This document shows positions 46,403-58,744 of a stretch of 64,000 bases of DNA, piece by piece. Each line of letters starts with the position of its first letter. Within the stretch, counting starts at the first letter, position 1. Location of the stretch: contig OX597831.1 in the NCBI GenBank assembly GCA_951406725.2, positions 54,994,001-55,058,000 on the forward strand. The letters are read 5' to 3'. A program made the translations under genes and the position numbers. Source of the stretch: Octopus vulgaris. Lineage: Eukaryota. Below the pieces are notes generated by a model. It saw only the letters and a program-made list of their open reading frames with translations. It did no database searches and was not told the DNA's origin.

Positions 46403-46562
46403 TCTCACATGCACATGCATGCACAAAGTAATGTTAGATTTTGAAATTACATAAAAATATATTGTTCACAATGCAATTATTATCTGATATAGAAGTCAGT
46501 ATATTGGCAAGGGTAGATAAATATTAGATATATATTTTGTTATTATTAAATTATTATAAGCA

Positions 46563-46995
46563 TTGGCATGGCTGTGTTGTAAGAACTTTGCTTCTCAACT
46601 ACTTGATTCCAGGTTCAGTCCCACAGCATGGCACACAGGGCAAGTGTCTTCTACTAAAGTTTCAGGCTGACCAAAGTCTTGTGAGTGGATTTGGTAGACA
46701 GAAACTAAGAGAAGCCTGTCATATATGTGTGTGTGTATGTATGTGTATATATGTGTGTGTGTGTGTGTGTGTGTTTGTTTCTGTGTTTGTACCCCAACAC
46801 CTACTTACAACTGGTGTTGGTTTGTTTACATCCTTGTAGCTTAGTGGTTTGGCAAAAGAGATTGATAGAGTAAATACCAGACTTAAAAATAATATGTACT
46901 GGGGTTGGTCTGTTTAACCAAATCCTTCAAGGCAGTGCCCCAGCATGGCCATAGTCCAGTGACAGAAACAAGAAAAAAAAATAGAAGATAAAAGA
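46563..46995 (+). mobile_element. SINE family A
   Basis: Head, core and tail match 17452-17870. Confidence 0.8.
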
Positions 46996-47124
46996 TATCA
47001 AAATTTGACTGTCTACTTTGAGTTTTCCTCTTGGCTTTCATGACTGTTATGAAGAACTAAGGGCAAAATTCAGAATAGACTGTCAAATTTTGAAATATCT
47101 CTGTAAGGATATTATAATATCTCT

Positions 47125-47432
47125 GAAGGCACGTGGCTTAGTGGTTAGGGTATTTGGTTCACGATCATAAGGTCATGAGTTCAATTTCCAGTGATGCATT
47201 GTGTCCTTGAGCAAGACACTTTACTTCATGCTGCTCCAGTCCACTCAGCTGGCAAAAATGAGTTATACTTGTATTTGAAAGGGCCAGTCTTGTCACACTG
47301 AATCTCCCTGAGAAATATGTTAAGGGTACATGTGTCTGTGGAGTGCTCAGTTACATGCATGTTAGTTTCACCAGCAGGCTGTTCAGTTGATCAGATCAAC
47401 TGGCTCCCTTGTCATCATAATCAAGTGCCAGT
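47125..47432 (+). mobile_element. tRNA-derived SINE (family B-like)
   Basis: tggcttagtggttaggg, gagttcaattt, ttgtgtccttgagcaagacacttt; relative at ~26960-27180. Confidence 0.7.
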
Positions 47433-47929
47433 ATAAATTAAATTGATTGGTTGTATATTTGTTTGTTTGTGTTTGTCTTGCATGTGTTTGAAAATAAGTT
47501 GACCAATTATGCTCAAACTATATGAGTTCCTTAAACTCAGGATTAGGTTCTGCACAAACTTGGGTCCTGTTCCTGTACTATGTGGGTAGAAACATTTTTG
47601 GCTCCATTAATAAAATTGAAAAGATTACAGAAAAACCTGAATTCTTCCATAAGTTTAGGGTTTATGTGAAAAAGGGTTTATGGTGAAGTTCCTTAGACCT
47701 GAAAACATGGGACAATGTGGCCCAATGATTTTTCATAGGAAGAGAAATGTTCCAGAATTATGGACTTCCTAAAGCAACTCATAACAATGAATGAAGACAA
47801 AACAACCTCTGAAATGGTCAGAGGAACAAATTACAACATTGAGGACTTGATACAATATGTAAAAGAAAATAAAGAAAAACTACTTCAAGTTCAAAGATCA
47901 GCCAACAAAGCGGTTATTGACTCCATTAG

Positions 47930-48730
47930 GCACCAGAAGGGTGGAATATTCCTCCAGATGCATGAGGAGGAATTGGAAAAACATTTGTTACAAAACTGCT
48001 TTTGGCAAAAGTTAGACAATGAAGAAGAATTGCCACTGCAGTTGCATCATCAGGCACTGTTGCAACCCTTCTCCCGGGAGGCTGTACAACCCATTCAATT
48101 TTTAAACTTTCACTGGATATGAGATCTAATGAAAGTCTTGTGTGCAATATCACCAAGAATTCAGGAATAGCTGAAGTTCTCAGATGTCAACTCATGATAT
48201 GGGATGAATGTACAATGACTCATAAGAAAGCCTTTGAAGCTATTATCAGATCATTGCAAGACATTTAAAATATTGATTCACCAATGGGAGATGTGATAGT
48301 TGTTCTATCTGATGATTTTAGACAAACCATTCCAGTTATTCCAAAAAGAATGAAAGTGGATCAAATCCATGCATGCCTTAAATCATTGCAGCTTTGACAC
48401 TTCATAAAAGTACTGGAGCTTGAGGCAAATATATAAGCATATCTCCATCATTATAGATTACCTTGTGAGTTTTCTCAAGACTTATTAATGCTGGGAGAAG
48501 GAAGAGTACCTATAGACAATGAAGGTGCAATAAATCTATAATCTATTTGCACAATGGTAAAATCAGAAAAAGAACTCATCAACAAAGTCCTCCCAAATGT
48601 TAGTGCACATTATAAGGATCACAAATGGTTGATTGGAAGGGTAATTCTAGCCCCAATGAATGTAACAGTGAATGCAATAAAGTTTGATTTTCTAGTGCCT
48701 TCCTGGAAATTGCCAATCATACAGATCTAT
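47930..48730 (+). pseudogene. Helitron Pif1-like helicase remnant
   Basis: Frameshifted GGIGKTF..LLAKVR..IATAVASSGTVATLLPGGCTTHS, IWDECTMTHKKAFEA, DFRQTIPVIP. Confidence 0.85.
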
Positions 48731-48979
48731 TGATCATCCAACCCATGCCAGCATGGTAAACAGATGTTAGATGAGGATGCTGATGATGAAGATCTCATGC
48801 ACACACGCACACATGCACACACACACACACACACCCACACGCACTCAAACTCCTTCATATATAAGACAAATATCTGATGAGAAGAGCAAGTCTTAGGGAC
48901 ATGACCTTAGCCTATTTATTTAAAAATAAATAGAGCAACAGAAGTGTTAATACCAAAAGTCAATGTTCTTTTTTTTTTA

Positions 48980-49345
48980 TTCTTTTCTTTCACTTGTTGC
49001 AGTCATGCTGGAGCACTGCCTTTAGTTGAACAAATCAACCCCAGGACTTATTTTTTGTAAGCCTAGTACTTTTGCCAAATCTCTTTTGCCAAATCACTAA
49101 GTTACAGGGATGTAAACATACCAACATCGGATATCAAGTGATGGTGGGAGGACAAACACAGACACAAATACACACATGATATATATATATGACAGGCTTC
49201 CTTCAGTTTCTGTCTACCAAATAACAAGGCTTTGGTCAGCCCAAAGCTATAGTAGAAGACACCTGCCCAAGGTGCCATGCAGTGGGACTGAACCCGAAAC
49301 CATGTAGTTGAAAAGTAAGCTTCTTACAACAAAGCCACTCCTGAA
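48980..49345 (-). mobile_element. SINE family A
   Basis: Reverse-complement match to 17452-17870. Confidence 0.8.
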
Positions 49346-50100
49346 CCTTTTTCCTTCTTTTTAATAAGCCCACTAGCTTTTAGTGACACCAGAGCCTGAT
49401 TGGGCTCTGTGTTTCGATGTGTATTACTAGCACAGTTATTGCTATTTCCTGGAGCCAGGTATCTACCACTGACAAGTCCAAAAGAGGCTGAAATTACGTG
49501 ATCTGGTAGTCCTAGCAGCTGAAGTAGAAGTGATTGTCTGCCACTGGCAATAACTATGATGTGCTTTTATGCATTGAAAAACCATATGAGAGATTTTCTC
49601 TCTTAGTAAATATCGCGCTATTTGTGTATTCTTTTGCAACATCTACTTTTAGGTGGTGAATATTTAACCCTTTGGTGGTATTAATACTGTTTCTGTCACT
49701 CTTTCACTCTCTCTCTCTCTCACTATATATATATATATACACACACCTATACATTTATATATACACACACATAATTGTTATCATTATCATTTTACATGTA
49801 TTTCTTGTGCTGGAATTTGCTGGACAGCAAAATGTTGCTCTACTTTTTGCATTCTTCTGTCATTTGATAAATGCAACAGAGAAAAACAACTTATCCTTGT
49901 TGCTACATACATCATGTTTAACTGGTTCACTCTCAGAATGCTGAGTCTAAGTTTTCCCTGGTAATGAGGCCAGATCATTACTGTACCCTGTTGGACTTAT
50001 TGCAATGTGTCAGTTATACCTTCTGTAAAAATTATGAAAAGAATACAATGTCTGTCTGTCTATCTATCTATCTATCTAACTATCTATATAATAATATATA

Positions 50101-50138
<38 letters not shown>

Positions 50139-50139
50139 G

Positions 50140-50482
50140 CGTTGCCTTACTAGCACTTGTGCTGGTGGCACGTGAAAAAACATTCAAACGAGGTCGTTGC
50201 TAGTGCCACTGGACTGGCTCCTGTGCAGATGGCACATAAAAAGCACCATTTGAGCGTGGCCAATGCCAGTACCGCCTGACTGGCCCTCATGCCAGTGACA
50301 CGTAAAAGCACCCACTACACTCTCAGAGTGGTTGGCGTTAGGAAGAGCATCCAGCTGTAGAAACTCTGCCAGATCAGATTGGAGCCTGGTGCAGCCATCT
50401 GGTTCGCCAGACCTCAGTCAAATCGTCCAACCCATGCTAGCATGGAAAGCAGATGTTAAGCGATGATGATGATGATGATGAT
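50140..50482 (+). mobile_element. RTE-derived element with (GAT)n tail
   Basis: ggttggcgttaggaagagcatccagc...ccaacccatgctagcatggaaagcagatgttaagcgatgatgat. Confidence 0.75.
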
Positions 50483-50621
50483 ATATATATATATATAAAA
50501 TTATAATTAAGGGTATCTAAAGATAGCAGTCAAAACTTGACTCTAAAACTACATCAAGTATTCACACATCACCAGGAGAAAAGACAAATAGACAAATAAA
50601 CTAGCAAAAAATTATTGGATA

Positions 50622-50679
50622 ATCCCAGATGTAAATTTCTGGCTTTGCATAAAAACATACTCTGCCTCATCAGTAGGAT
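50622..50679 (-). ncRNA. Type-I hammerhead motif
   Basis: AUCCUA-CUGAUGA-GGC...GCC-A-GAAA-UUUACA-UC-UGGGAU with a 6-bp stem I; the host element starts at (TA)n ~50497. Confidence 0.7.
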
Positions 50680-50710
50680 ATACACAGATAGTACATAATT
50701 ATAAATATAT

Positions 50711-50821
50711 ACGAGGGGTATATATAAAAGTCTTGAGCCTCAAAAAAAACAAAACATGGTACAAGACTTCCAATGAAGGTACAAGCCTTCAAGGTTCAAA
50801 ACTTTTCGTACACCCCTCGTA
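50711..50821. mobile_element. mariner-type MITE
   Basis: TA-cgaggggta..aaaagtcttgagcct / aggttcaaaacttttcgtacacccctcg-TA. Confidence 0.7.
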
Positions 50822-51372
50822 TATATGCAACATATGAATACTTACATATACGCATGTATACACACATATATATATGTATGTATCCACACGACCGGTTTAA
50901 TTGCCCATCTAAACTCCATGTGCTGTATGGTCAAAATATCACCAAAGTGAATATGATGACGAAGTAAATATATAAATTTATAGAAATAAAGAGAAGATCA
51001 TTATTTAAAATACTGATCATATCAAGTGGCCAGCATGGGAATAAAAACCTTATAGGCAATAATCATTGCCTATACACCAAATATTTCAGCTGTTTTCACT
51101 ATGCTAGTGCCTATGAGCACCAACAATTTGACCTCTTTGAAAATTTGATAGATCTGTCATTTTAATGAATTTTAATTACCTTTTTCTGATGATATCTGAA
51201 AACAGCAATTTTAGCAAAACATATTAAGCAACATTAATAATAAATCAAAAAACAAAAATAAACAAGCTTTTGATGGTTTTATAGATAATTCAAAATTATG
51301 ATGCTATGATGTTAGGTGTTTTCATTACTTTGTCCAAACCCTGTATGTATATAAATATATATGTATATGCTT

Positions 51373-51542
51373 AGACATGGCTGTGTGGCAAGGAACTTGC
51401 TTCCCAACCACATGGTTCTGGGTTCAGTCCCATTGCATGGCACTTTGGACAAGTGTCTTCTACTATAACCTCAGGCTGACCAAAGCCTTCTGAGTGTATT
51501 TGATAGACAGAAATCAAAAAGCTCATCATATATATGTATGTG

Positions 51543-51599
<57 letters not shown>

Positions 51600-52232
51600 G
51601 TGTTTGACAACTGGTGTTGGTGTGTTAACGTCCCTGTAACTTAGCAGTTCAGCAAGAGAAACTGATAGAATAAGTACCAGACTTAAAAAAGTATTGGGGT
51701 TGAAACATTTATAGCGGTTGTTGTTGGCTGTTCAAGTGCATGTTATTAAATGGAAAAACAGTTTTGTGTATAAATATATTGTTTATTCTGTGCTCACCTT
51801 TTGTGGTGGAAACATGTAGTATGATACAAAACATGTGTGTTTACATACAAAGAAAGGTTTGATTTTTGCTTTTGCACTGAAAGAAGTAACATATAATATC
51901 TGTATTACACTATGTATGCATGTGTGCAATGAGAACAGTAATGTTGAGAATGTGTGTCTGATAAAATATCTTCATTTACACACCATATATCTTGTGTCGA
52001 GGTGAATAGACATGTGAGTCGCATGTGGGAGGTTGTGCGCGGAGCTTCAGAGAAGACATGTGTCTTTGACCAAAGCCTAGCAGGAACTGGGGGTTTCTAC
52101 AGTGTAGCTCACAATGAGGCTACTGTATCAAAGCAAGGCAAGACACTTCATTGATATATTCATCGAAGTTCTTCAAGGCAGTGCCCTGGCATGGCTGCTG
52201 TCTAATGAATGAAACAGGTAAAAGGTAAAAGA
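51373..52232 (+). mobile_element. SINE family A split by a ~450-bp insertion (51704-52150, possible solo LTR)
   Basis: The SINE resumes after the insert; TTGA on both sides; the insert ends in CA. Confidence 0.6.
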
Positions 52233-52378
52233 TATGTATCTATATTAAAATTTGTTTTTATGTTCATTTATAATAAAAACAATTTTAGCTTAATCTGATG
52301 GGTTACTCTATACTTTTGTAGTGTACAAATTTATTAGATGTCTTGCAAACAACTTGCACATGCAAGTGTTACCAGTCA

Positions 52379-52530
52379 AAAGCTTCGTATACCGGAAGCC
52401 AGCAAGTGTATGGGGTCATCAGGAGAGAATGCGTGCCGTTTCGGGGCCTACCTCTCGAAGGCATCAATGCGCACCGGCCCCCCTCACTGATATGAGGCCC
52501 CACTTGCTAGATCAGCTGGTTATGAAGTTA
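52379..52530 (+). other. GC-rich rod-like RNA hairpin of unknown class
   Basis: Nested complementary blocks agcttcgtatacc/ggttatgaagtt, agcaagtg/cacttgct, atcag/ctgat, tgcc/ggca, ttcggg/ctcgaa. Confidence 0.55.
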
Positions 52531-52747
52531 AACTCAATATCCTTCTAGCCATCGCTCATCGTCTCTTTTTAACCAAATCCAGTGGCTAGCCTTCATATAC
52601 AAGAATGTTGTTGAGAGTGACTTCAAAGTTTCAACCCAACTCACACACCCAAATATGATTTTAACTCAACAGAGACTATACAAAGGTAAAACTAACTCTA
52701 ATGCATTGTAGTCTGATGATGGCTTCTTGTATAAGAATAATATATAT

Positions 52748-53182
52748 AGGCACAGGTGTGGCTGCAAGTTAAGAATCTTGCTTCCCAACCACATGGTCCC
52801 GTGTTCAGTCCTAATACATGGCACCTTGGGTAGGTGTCTTCTACCATGGCTTCAGGTTGACCAAAGCCTTGTGAGTGGATTTCGTAGACCGAAACTGAAA
52901 GAAGCCCATCATATATATGTATATATATCTATGTGTGTGTGTGTGTGTCATTGTCTCTGTGTTTGTCTCCCACCACCACCACCACCGACACTGTTTGACA
53001 ACCAGTGTTGGTGTGTTTATGTCCCCATAACTTAGTAGTTTGGCAGAAGAGACTGATAAATTAAGTACCAGGCTTTAAAAAAGTATAAGTATTGGGGTTG
53101 ATTCATTCAACTAAAAATTTTTCAAGGCAGTGCTCCAGCATGGCTGCAGTCTAATGACTGAAACAAGTAAAAGATAAAAGAT
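52748..53182 (+). mobile_element. SINE family A
   Basis: Match to 17452-17870. Confidence 0.8.
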
Positions 53183-53185
53183 ATA

Positions 53186-54016
53186 CAGGGTGCGATGGGT
53201 AAATTGTTGCCATTTTGTATTTGTAATTTCGCACACGTACATTGTTTGCTTTTGACTTTGTGAACTTTACAGTATAGTAGGGTCAGTACCATGATGTAAT
53301 TCACTCTGCCAGAAATTTGGAAATGACATGCTGTACTGCTTGGCATTCACACTGGAAGCTCCAATACAAACATTTCAGGGTGTCTGAGTGTCAGTCTGAG
53401 GAGATATACTGAGAGGGATAAAAATCAAACATCCGGTTAACATCATGGTGTTTGGAGTGATCACTAGTGATTGCGACGTTATGCCTCCATTCATCGTCCC
53501 ACATAACCTCACACTGAACACAGAGGCCTACATCAAGCGCCTGGAGGAGGTGGTGCTGCCCTGGATCAAAAGGGTGGTTTTTGAAGACCCTATGTCTGGC
53601 AACAGGACTCTGCACCATGCCATAAAAGCAGGAGAATCCACTCATGGCTGTCAGACAATTTCTGTGACCACATCAGCCCTAAGTTCCCAGACTGAAACCC
53701 TCTTGGTTATTATGCATGGGGCACAGTTGAGTGAGAAACAAACAAAACTCCTTGTAACACTAAAGATGAACTGAAGGCAAGGATTATGGCAGCATTCACC
53801 AACTTAAATAAGGAGACCATCCAGAAGAGTTGCAGGACATTCTGAAGACATCTGGATGCCATGATTGAAGTGAATGATGATTATATTGAATAAATTTACT
53901 CTTTAGTATTTCAAGATATTTTTATGTAATTTTGCTAAACATATCTGTTAAAATGAGATGTTAATGTTATTTTCATTTTTGCGTAATTTAGACAAGAGTT
54001 TATTCACCACACCCTA
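53186..54016 (+). mobile_element. Internally deleted DD37D (maT-type) transposon with both TIRs
   Basis: TA|cagggtgcgatgggtaaattgttg ... ttattcaccacaccct(a)|TA; MVFGVITSDCDVMPPFI. Confidence 0.85.
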
Positions 54017-54493
54017 TATATATATATACACACAACAGGCTTCTTTCAGTTTCCATTTAGGAAATACCACACCCTGTATATATATCAAAATAGTTCTTCA
54101 ACTGAAAAGGTCTGATGTAGCAATCATAGGGTTGGAAGTACACATTATATCCATGCTTATAATAATGATTTCAAATTTTGGCACAGAGCCAGTAGTGTTT
54201 AAAGGGAGAGGAAGTTGACTGGGAACTATTATATTGACTCCAAAAGGATGAAAGGCAAAGTTGACTTGAAATCAGAATGTAAAGACAGACAAAATGCCAT
54301 CAAGCATTTTGCTGGCACAGTAATGGTTCTACTTGGTTGCTACCTTATCCATCTATATAATGATACTCAATGTTGGTTTCACACAAAGGAAGATAATTAA
54401 TTGGAGTTCTCTCCCTTTGCTTCTATAAATAATCTAGAATGTTGTTATATGACAGCTAACATTAGTTTTATAATTGTGGCTGATGTCAGATAA

Positions 54494-54878
54494 TCTTTAT
54501 ATATAAAAGTGAAGTTGTGTGTCTGTCTCCTACGATTTAGATTCCTAACTACTCCCACATTTTGCAGTGCAGTTTAACCAAAACTGGGTATCTTATAGTC
54601 GTGATTCATATCGAGCCCTTCTGGGTATTAGCGCGTCTCTACGATGAGTCTACGATTTTAAAAATAATTTACCATCATTTTTTTCCATTTTAATGCATTA
54701 TTTCACTATTATATAAGGGAAGTAACTCTCTAAAAATGTCTACGATGAGTCAACGATTTAAAAAAAAATTTACCATTATTTTTTTTCCATTTTTTTGCTA
54801 TTTTTTGGCTATAACTCTCTAAAAATGCTTATATAGTTATTTCCCTTACAAACCCGAGCAATGCCAGGCGATACTGCA
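54494..54878 (+). mobile_element. Non-autonomous Helitron
   Basis: A|TCtttatatataaaag start; 3' hairpin cccgagcaatgccagg followed by a degenerate CTAG; internal duplication tctacgatgagtc...tttaccat. Confidence 0.7.
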
Positions 54879-55794
54879 TAAATACATAAGCATGATAATT
54901 ATAATTTTACATTTATCAAAATTTGATGGTGTTAATATAAACAGTGTTACCTATCACATAGCACATAATATTGAGAATATAACTTTTGCAACTTTCAGGT
55001 AATATCACATCTGTAATTAGTTGATAGTCAATCTTTAGCACACTGCATTTTTTCTAGAATTGTTTCCCCTGCCAGTGCAGTTACTACAAGGGAGATAACT
55101 CATACAGTGACATGATGCACCTACAGTGTGCTAAAGGTTAAACAGTGGTATTATTATTACTGATAACATATATTTATAGTAAATTACACAGTTGGAAATT
55201 TGCTTTATTTAGCTTAATTACAATTTAAGAAATATTTTATTTATCTTGAAAATGAGTAAATTGATATTCATTTCATTATTCTGTATGGACACTATAAAAT
55301 TTGAAAAGAAAAAAATTTTAGGATCATTGTACCAGTTTTTATATAAAGTAAAACTGAAAGAAAATAAGTATCATCAGATAGACCCTGGATGAAGTAACTA
55401 CTGAAATAGGACAGACATACAGAAGGAATAAAAGAAAAATATAAAATGAAAATACATAGCAGAAATCTTAAAGCTATATCCCCTGGTGAAGAAGATTAGC
55501 TTGCAAGAGTCGTGTGTTGGTACCACTTGATAAGTATTTGTACCAGTACCACGTAAAAAAGGCTCTTAGCACACACTGTAAAGTGGTTGGTGTTAGGAAG
55601 AACATCCAACCACAGAGACCAAAGCAAACCAGACTGGAACCTGATATAGCCCTCCAACTTGTCAGTCCTGATCAAACTGCCCAACACATGCCAGCATGGA
55701 AAACAGATATTAAAGGATGATGATGATGATGATGTAGGCAAGACATGAGTAAGAAATAATTCTGTAACTGTTAATCCTTATCAAATAGTTGCAA

Positions 55795-56230
55795 ACAGGT
55801 ATGGCTGCGTGTTTAAGAAACTTAGTTTTGCAACCAACTGGTTTTGGGTTCAGTCCCACTGCATAGTATCTTGGACAAGTGTCATCTACTATACCTCCAG
55901 ACCAACTAATGCATTGTGACTGAATCTGGTGAAAACAATCTGTAAGCCTGTTGTATATATGTATGTGTTCGTGTTTGTCTCCCACTCTCTATCTTTCTCT
56001 ATCACACATGCACACACACACATACACATACACACACACAAACACACACACAGCTTGACAACCTGTGCTGGTTTGTTTACAAGCTCAGAAGTTTGTCAAA
56101 AATGACTGACAAAATAAATATCAGACTTAATAAAAAGGCATAGGGGTCAATTTGTTAAACTAAACCCCACATGGTGGTGCCCCAGCATGTCCATAATTCA
56201 AAGACTGAAACAAGTAAACGATAAAAGATG
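55795..56230 (+). mobile_element. SINE family A (preceded by an RTE-derived element ~55500-55733)
   Basis: Head and tail motifs of family A. Confidence 0.7.
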
Positions 56231-56500
56231 AAAGAGTATTGTAAAGCATTGGAAATCTGTAAAACAATTTAAATAAAACAGAACACAAAGATTAACATTT
56301 TAAAAATGATTTTAATGGTTTCATTAGAGGAAGAAGGGCAAGAGCCATGACCTTTTTTCAGGGCCTCTGAGACTGGTGAGAGAAAGAGAGAAAGTTATCC
56401 TCTTCCCATAGACCTGACTTGAATAAGAAGTCGTAAAACCGGGTGATGGAAGAAAGCATATTATGAAATATACAAATAAATGGTAAATGAAGCATTTACT

Positions 56501-56645
56501 ACATTATTTACATTTTGATGGATTTTATCCTCATCTTGTTTGTTGTTAACACAACGTTTCGGCTGATATACCCTCCAGCCTTCATCAGGTGTCTTGGGGA
56601 AATTTTGAACCTGGATTCTCATTCCTAAGGTATTTTTTCAATGTC

Positions 56646-56680
<35 letters not shown>

Positions 56681-57028
56681 TATTATTATTCAGGTCACTG
56701 CCTGGAATCGAACTCAGAATTTTGGGGTTAGTAGCCCACGCTCTTAACCACTACACCCATGGGCATATGGTGTAGTGGTTAAGAGCACAGGCTACAAACC
56801 CCAAGATTCTGAGTTCGATTCCAAGCAGTGACCTAAATAATAATAATAACAACATCGAAAAATACTTTAAGAATGAGGAGACAGGTTTGAAATTTCCTCA
56901 AAACACCTGATGTAGGCTGGAGGGTATATCAGTTGAAACGTGTTAACAACAAAAAAGATGAGGACAAAATCCGTCAAAAATGTAAATAATGAAATAATGT
57001 ACATAATTCCTCATAAATATAGAACTGT
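56501..57028. mobile_element. Palindromic head-to-head tRNA-promoter/hammerhead element with 14-bp TSD
   Basis: Two ~250-bp inverted arms joined at ~56760; TSD atgaagcatttact (56487-56500) / atgaaacatttact (57029-57042); ~28-nt tail on the right arm only. Confidence 0.85.
56548..56593 (-). ncRNA. Minimal type-I hammerhead ribozyme motif with intact core
   Basis: GACAC-CUGAUGA-A-GGCUG(GAGGGUAUAU)CAGCC-GAAACGUU-GUGUU. Confidence 0.8.
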
Positions 57029-57331
57029 ATGAAACATTTACTGTATAAATAAATTCTTCTTTTCTTTGTGTCTTTTTGTCATTCTTTATATTCATTTTTA
57101 GCTGCAATTAATGACTTTTGATACAAACATAATTTAGTCGTTTATTTATTTTGATGAAGATTTTAGTGAATGAAAAACAAAACATACTGTCCCGAAGAGT
57201 TTTGTTTTTACATATAAAAGATAGATATTTAGTTTTGGTGGACGTTTAAATTAGATACGTCTTAAACACTTTTATATTTTATTTTTATAATTTTTAAAGA
57301 ATAAATTTTCTTTTTGTCTAGAGATTAAAGT

Positions 57332-58418
57332 CTAGAAGGTTTCATCGCTAATTGACCTCAAAAATGATGTGTCATTAGAATCGTTATCATCAGCTTGTGG
57401 AATAGCTTCATTGTTTTTGTCTGATCGATTTGTTGCAGGATTGCAATAGTTATTGCTTGAAAGGTCTTCAAATGAAGCTGAAGAATAATCATCGTAAGTG
57501 TCTCCTTCAGATGAGTCTGATTCTTCCTCAATTAGTGATTCCAAGAGCTTCAGTTTAGATGATCCTGCACTTTGTGGTGATGTCAGACTCATGGAATTGC
57601 CTTTAGGTTTCTCCTTAACAAAATTGTTATCAGAGCAGTTGTGATTTTTACAAATAGCAGATTCTGAAACAGAAGAGCGAATCGATTGATCATCTTCTTT
57701 ACCTTGAGAGTAAGTTTCTTTTTCCCTTTCTTTAACCTTTTCTTTTCTAAGACAAGATATTCTTTTTGTGCTTCCGTTTTGCCTCATTTGGTAAATTTCT
57801 CCATCAGCTTCATCACATTCAGTAGTTGTTCTTTTAACATGTATTTGATCTGTTGGAGAAGTAGCACCATTAACTGTAGCAACATAACTTTTAGCACCAT
57901 TAACTGTAGCTCCATTAATCTTAGCACCATTAACAGCACTGCTATTAACAGTGCCACCACCATGAACATCCATTTTAGCATTACTACTATTTTTAGCATT
58001 ACTGTCCTGTTTCAAAAGACTCACTTTTTGAACAATGTTTTCTATTATGCTTGATCTTGGTAAAGTTGTTTTTGAGAAAAAATCATATTCTGGTAACTTA
58101 GAATTTTTGCTATGTTTGTCAGCTTCAAAAGCAGGAACATCTGAATTTGCATATAAATCGGGAGTGTGGGAAATAACAGAACCATTTTGAAAAGCGTGAG
58201 ACATGTTCTTAAGCATAGCTTCTTTGATTTTATTTTCTTTATTATCTGCTTGAAGTTTTTTTTTTAAATTACTCTGTGATTGGTGAGGATCCGGAACAGG
58301 ATATGTTGATTTTGGATCCAGAGATTCATTCGGCGGAAGTTCAAATGTGGAATTGAGATCTGGCTTTTGATTATGTTGCACCTTAACATCTTTCTTGAAA
58401 TTCTTTCTTAAATTATGA
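57332..58418 (-). CDS. Terminal coding exon (~361 codons) of an unidentified gene; disordered S/N/K/D/E-rich region
   Basis: 1087-bp open frame in AT-rich DNA, preceded by a polypyrimidine tract and acceptor tttatttttcAG at 58420-58419; ends ...SISDETF* with AATAAA downstream (~57142-57150); no recognisable domain. Confidence 0.75.
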
Positions 58419-58744
58419 CTGAAAAATAAAAATAAAATAAAATTGGATATTGTGAATGAATTTTGAATATTTATGCTTGTTAGTTGTTAGTTCAGTTTTC
58501 AAGAGAAAAAAAAATGATAAAATTGAGATTAATATGGCTTGCATATTTGATATTGTAACCCTATCTGAAATTGTTATATCTGGCTTAAAACAATAACTGA
58601 GACAGGTCAACATTGTTGAGATTGTTACTATAGTTTAAGTGATAACTCTTCTTATGGTAGTAAGCTATTTAGGTACAGAAATAATTGTGGAGTTTGTTAT
58701 GAAATTTTATATAATATATGATTTTGAAATCAGTTTTTGAGTAT

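Noticed and set aside
56765-56835. tRNA gene
   Set aside because: A and B boxes are present, but there is no proper acceptor stem and it sits inside a repeated element; it is a tRNA-derived head.
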